From Dehalococcoidales bacterium (GTDB taxonomy: Bacteria; Chloroflexota; Dehalococcoidia; Dehalococcoidales; BS750m-G39): 64,000 nt of DNA. Below, one piece after another: positions 61,003 through 64,000 of this stretch. A model generated the notes under the pieces. It had not been told where the DNA came from and searched no databases. It worked only from the letters and a program-made list of their open reading frames with translations. Every line of letters starts with the position of its first letter. The stretch's first letter is position 1. The stretch lies in contig DAOULR010000022.1 in the NCBI GenBank assembly GCA_034419075.1, positions 2,598 through 66,597 of the forward strand, given 5' to 3'. Made by a program: the position numbers and the translations under genes.

Positions 61003-62214
61003 ATGGAGTTTCAATATGTAGCCTATACTGAAGATAAAAGGCTGGTCAAAGGCAAAGTTTCGGCTAACAATGAAGAAGCCGCGCTCAACCTGCTCGGCTA
61101 CGGCGGCTACCAGACGGTCAGTCTCAAGGAAATAGTCCCCTTCTTCAACCTGCAGAAGATAATGGCCCGCTTCAGCCGGGTAAAGCCGAGAGAGATAATA
61201 ATGTTCTCCCGCCAGCTGGCCCTGCTCCTGGAATCGGGCACCGACATCGTCACCTCCCTGGAACTCCTACAAAGCCAGGTAACCAACCGCACCCTGCAGG
61301 TAACGCTGGGTGATGTCGCCGCCGATATCCGCGGGGGCAGCTCGCTATCAGCCGCCTTAAGCAAACACCCGCGGGCTTTCCCCGAACTATATGCCCGCAC
61401 CCTGGCCGCGGGCGAACAGGCGGGCAACCTGGAGATAGTGCTCCGGCAGATGGCCGACTACCTGGAGAGAAGCGCGACGACAGAGAAGAAGATTAAGAAC
61501 GCCCTCACCTACCCCGTCATCGTGGCTATTGTCGCTTTTATCGTCATCGCCGTGCTTGTTACCTTTGTCCTTCCCGCCTTTACCGGCCTCTACCGCACCC
61601 TTGGCGCCGACCTGCCGGCAACAACGCAAATGCTCATCTCTTTATCAGATTGGCTTATAGACTACGGCGTCTTTCTCCTGCTGGGGATAGTAGCCGTGGC
61701 TATCATCGGCTTCTTATATATAAGAACGCCCACCGGCAAATACCAGTTCGATAAGCTGATGTTAAGCGTGCCCGTAATCGGGCGGATTAACCTCTTAAGC
61801 CAGCTCGCGCGCTGTTGCCGCACCATAGCCCTGCTTTTTAAGGTCGGCTTACCTCTACCCGAGGTAATGTCGCAGGCTATCCACGGAACCAACAACAAGG
61901 TTCTCATTCAAGCTCTAACCGAGGTCCAGCAGGAACTTATCAGAGGCGAAGGCCTATCCAAACCGATGGCCAAGAGAAGCGTATTCCTACCCCTCATGGT
62001 ACAGATGACCAGCGTCGGCGAGGAAACCGGTCACCTTGACACCACGCTATCCACGGTGGCCCAGACCTATGAAGTTGAAGCCGACGACAGGACCAGCTCG
62101 GCGGTGGGGCTCATCCAGCCCGCCATAACCATTATCATCGGCGTCGTCATTGCCTTCATCGCCATATCAATGGTCTCAGCCATGTATTCCATCTACGGGC
62201 AGGTAGGTGCATAA
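61003..62214 (+). CDS. pilC: Type IV pilus/T2SS platform protein (PilC/GspF)
   Basis: 403 aa. Duplicated GspF domains with three TM segments. Confidence 0.85.
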   Translation: MEFQYVAYTEDKRLVKGKVSANNEEAALNLLGYGGYQTVSLKEIVPFFNLQKIMARFSRVKPREIIMFSRQLALLLESGTDIVTSLELLQSQVTNRTLQVTLGDVAADIRGGSSLSAALSKHPRAFPELYARTLAAGEQAGNLEIVLRQMADYLERSATTEKKIKNALTYPVIVAIVAFIVIAVLVTFVLPAFTGLYRTLGADLPATTQMLISLSDWLIDYGVFLLLGIVAVAIIGFLYIRTPTGKYQFDKLMLSVPVIGRINLLSQLARCCRTIALLFKVGLPLPEVMSQAIHGTNNKVLIQALTEVQQELIRGEGLSKPMAKRSVFLPLMVQMTSVGEETGHLDTTLSTVAQTYEVEADDRTSSAVGLIQPAITIIIGVVIAFIAISMVSAMYSIYGQVGA

Positions 62215-62679
62215 ATGAGAAGACTGAGAAAATTGCAAGGAAGCCAAAGAGGCTTCGGCCTAATCGAGGTCATAATAGCCCTAGCCTTGCTGGGCGTAGT
62301 CGGCATCGCCTTCCTGGGCGCACTGGCGACGGCATCCAGCGGCATTGCCGTATCCGACAAGAGGGCAACCGCCGAAAGTCTGGCCAGGAGCGAAATGGAA
62401 TACGCCAAGAGCCACTACTACAGCAGCGCCCCCTGGTCTTACGAAGTGCCCCTGCCTCCCGGCTGGCCCGAAGAGTCCCTGCCCGACTGGTGGGATACAG
62501 AAAACCCCCACACCCTCCCCGATGGCTATGAAAACTATACCGCCACCGTCGTGGCCAGCCGTCTCGACCCCGAGGGTGACGGCCTCGGCAACGACGATGG
62601 ACTGCAAAAGATAACCATAACCATAACCTTCCTTGAAGAGGGTACGGTAACCGTACTGGAGGGATATAAGACAGGCTGA
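62215..62679 (+). CDS. Prepilin-type N-terminal cleavage/methylation domain protein (pilin-like)
   Basis: QRG|FGLIEVIIALALLG class III signal with Glu at +5. Confidence 0.7.
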   Translation: MRRLRKLQGSQRGFGLIEVIIALALLGVVGIAFLGALATASSGIAVSDKRATAESLARSEMEYAKSHYYSSAPWSYEVPLPPGWPEESLPDWWDTENPHTLPDGYENYTATVVASRLDPEGDGLGNDDGLQKITITITFLEEGTVTVLEGYKTG

Positions 62680-63224
62680 TGATACAACGGCTGAAGAAAA
62701 TAATCAGAAACCAGGTGGGGCTAACCCTCATCGAGTTGATAATAGCTCTGGCTATCACCGGTATCGTCACGGGCGCCACCACCTATATTGTCTTCCAGGT
62801 GTTTGACGGAGAAGCCCGTTCCAACAATCATATGGACGCCATAAGCCGGGTGCAAAACGTGGGACGTGAGGTCAGCCGCGATGCGGGCATGGCTCAAATC
62901 GTGTCGCTCACCGATGATGAGGACGGCTTCCCCCTCACCCTAGTCTGGAGCGAGTGGGAGGACAATGATACCCACCAGGTCGTTTACACAATAGAAGACA
63001 ACAACCTCAAGCGAGTACACACCATTAACGGCAGTCCGAGTGAAACCTATACCTTCGAATACATTATCGGCAACGACCCCGATAGCGGGGCGCTGGTCAC
63101 CTATTGTGAACGCGATCCCGCCACCAACCAGCTTGTCTTCACCCTGACCGCCACCGCTGGATTCGGCTCGCAACGGATAAGCGAAACCAGGGTATACCAA
63201 ACTGCGCCCCGGCCCAGTATGTAA
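62679..63224 (+). CDS. Prepilin-type N-terminal cleavage/methylation domain protein (minor pilin-like)
   Basis: QVG|LTLIELIIALAITG class III signal with Glu at +5. Confidence 0.7.
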   Translation: MIQRLKKIIRNQVGLTLIELIIALAITGIVTGATTYIVFQVFDGEARSNNHMDAISRVQNVGREVSRDAGMAQIVSLTDDEDGFPLTLVWSEWEDNDTHQVVYTIEDNNLKRVHTINGSPSETYTFEYIIGNDPDSGALVTYCERDPATNQLVFTLTATAGFGSQRISETRVYQTAPRPSM

Positions 63225-63246
63225 TAGATAAACGGTAATGACCAAG

Positions 63247-64000
63247 ATGATTAAGAAACTGCTAAGAAAGCTAATAAGAACCGAGATAGGGCAGTCACTG
63301 CCGATGGTCCTTATCCTGATGGCGGTGGGCGGCCTTATCGTCGCCCCCCTCCTCTCCTATACCAGCTCGGGTCTTAAAGTCGGCAAAGCCTACGAGAAGA
63401 TGGCTGACGAATTCTATGCCGCCGACGCTGGCATTGAAGACGGCCTGTGGCAGATAAAATACAACAACCTCGACGAGCTGTTCACTAACTACGAACGCTA
63501 TAACTACAGCGCCGAATACGTATATCCCGTATCCTATCCCGTGGAGGTAAACGGCCTTGATGTCGACGTTACTATTGAGAACGTCTGGATTCCCAAGGAT
63601 ATATCCGCCCCCACCTCCGCCGCAGCTGAAGCCCTCATCGGGGCGGGCAAACTGATAATTGCCGGCGGCGTCTCCGCCGAGCTGACCCAGCAGGTCAAGA
63701 TATACTATTACAAAGAAGCGGGCGACCCTGACCTCTATGTCAACAAAATCGGAATATGGATGCCGCCCGGCATTAGCTATAATACGGAGGGCGAATGCAC
63801 CCTGGAAACCCACCTCGATGACGAGCTTGGCGTAACCTACACACGGCAGATCACCCCCCACCAGGGCGGTGAAGCCGTTGTCTGGACTCTCACCGAACCC
63901 GTCCTCTTTACCGACCTCCCTGGGGTCAGCATCGTGGACACCCCGATGACGTCTACCTTCACCTTCCTCTTTACTCTTGATGACCCCGAATCGGAGCGAG
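63247..64000 (+). CDS. Pilus-associated protein with N-terminal membrane anchor (PilX/TadG-like), 3' end outside window
   Basis: Not in ORF track because no stop is reached. I read the frame from ATG 63247 to the window end without a stop. N-terminal GQSLPMVLILMAVGGLIVAPLL. Confidence 0.5.
   Translation, partial: MIKKLLRKLIRTEIGQSLPMVLILMAVGGLIVAPLLSYTSSGLKVGKAYEKMADEFYAADAGIEDGLWQIKYNNLDELFTNYERYNYSAEYVYPVSYPVEVNGLDVDVTIENVWIPKDISAPTSAAAEALIGAGKLIIAGGVSAELTQQVKIYYYKEAGDPDLYVNKIGIWMPPGISYNTEGECTLETHLDDELGVTYTRQITPHQGGEAVVWTLTEPVLFTDLPGVSIVDTPMTSTFTFLFTLDDPESER

Noticed and set aside
63295-63861. 188-aa minus-strand ORF at the right edge.
   Set aside because: A plus-strand frame, open from ATG 63247 to the window end, follows the two pilin genes with a typical N-terminal anchor. 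The minus ORF is the antisense shadow.

Overview
64-kb bacterial chromosomal window with no rRNA and no CRISPR array. I cannot assign taxonomy from the sequence alone. (1) 1-13.2 kb is core metabolism. It holds a LivM-like permease fragment, a corrinoid protein plus URO-D-family methyltransferase, a cupin, two desulforedoxin-like mini-ORFs missing from the ORF track, and an acyl-CoA synthetase. A complete Pho regulon follows (phoB-phoR-mgsA-pstSCAB-phoU), bracketed by 137-bp direct repeats. The left repeat is the tail of a decayed serine-recombinase gene. (2) 13.3-14.9 kb encodes a secreted FN3 / ComEC-type metallo-beta-lactamase / lamin-tail-domain protein. (3) 14.9-25.3 kb is a visibly AT-richer island, all on the minus strand. 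One tightly packed operon runs MNT-HEPN, Type IIG RM enzyme, SF1 helicase-PLD nuclease-Zn ribbon fusion (type II Mokosh-like composition), then a membrane-anchored WYL-like protein. A separately promoted operon follows: 68-aa peptide, MdnC/MvdD-like ATP-grasp ligase, membrane protein(s). (4) 25.5-30.4 kb holds a truncated KdpD-like kinase, a KdpE-like regulator, an APC permease and a stand-alone Usp. All three transcription units are preceded by the same operator of four half-sites. (5) 30.5-54.4 kb is a ~24-kb integrated element abutting tRNA-Val(CAC). It carries a large serine integrase, a cI-like repressor, an ImmA-like protein, an RHH protein, a primase-helicase, an AAA+ ATPase, a J-domain protein, a DnaN-like clamp and a second (tyrosine) recombinase. 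In its late module I cannot recognise any tailed-phage hallmark. That module instead contains CARDB/Ig-like paralogs, an S8 protease and six proteins ending in a shared methionine-rich hydrophobic C-terminal module. This is my top candidate for an undescribed system. (6) 54.7-64 kb holds an XRE regulator plus GT2 glycosyltransferase, an IPT/TIG-repeat surface protein, further regulators, and a type IV pilus-like cluster (pilB, pilC, pilins). All functional calls rest on by-eye motif recognition and need HMM or structure confirmation.
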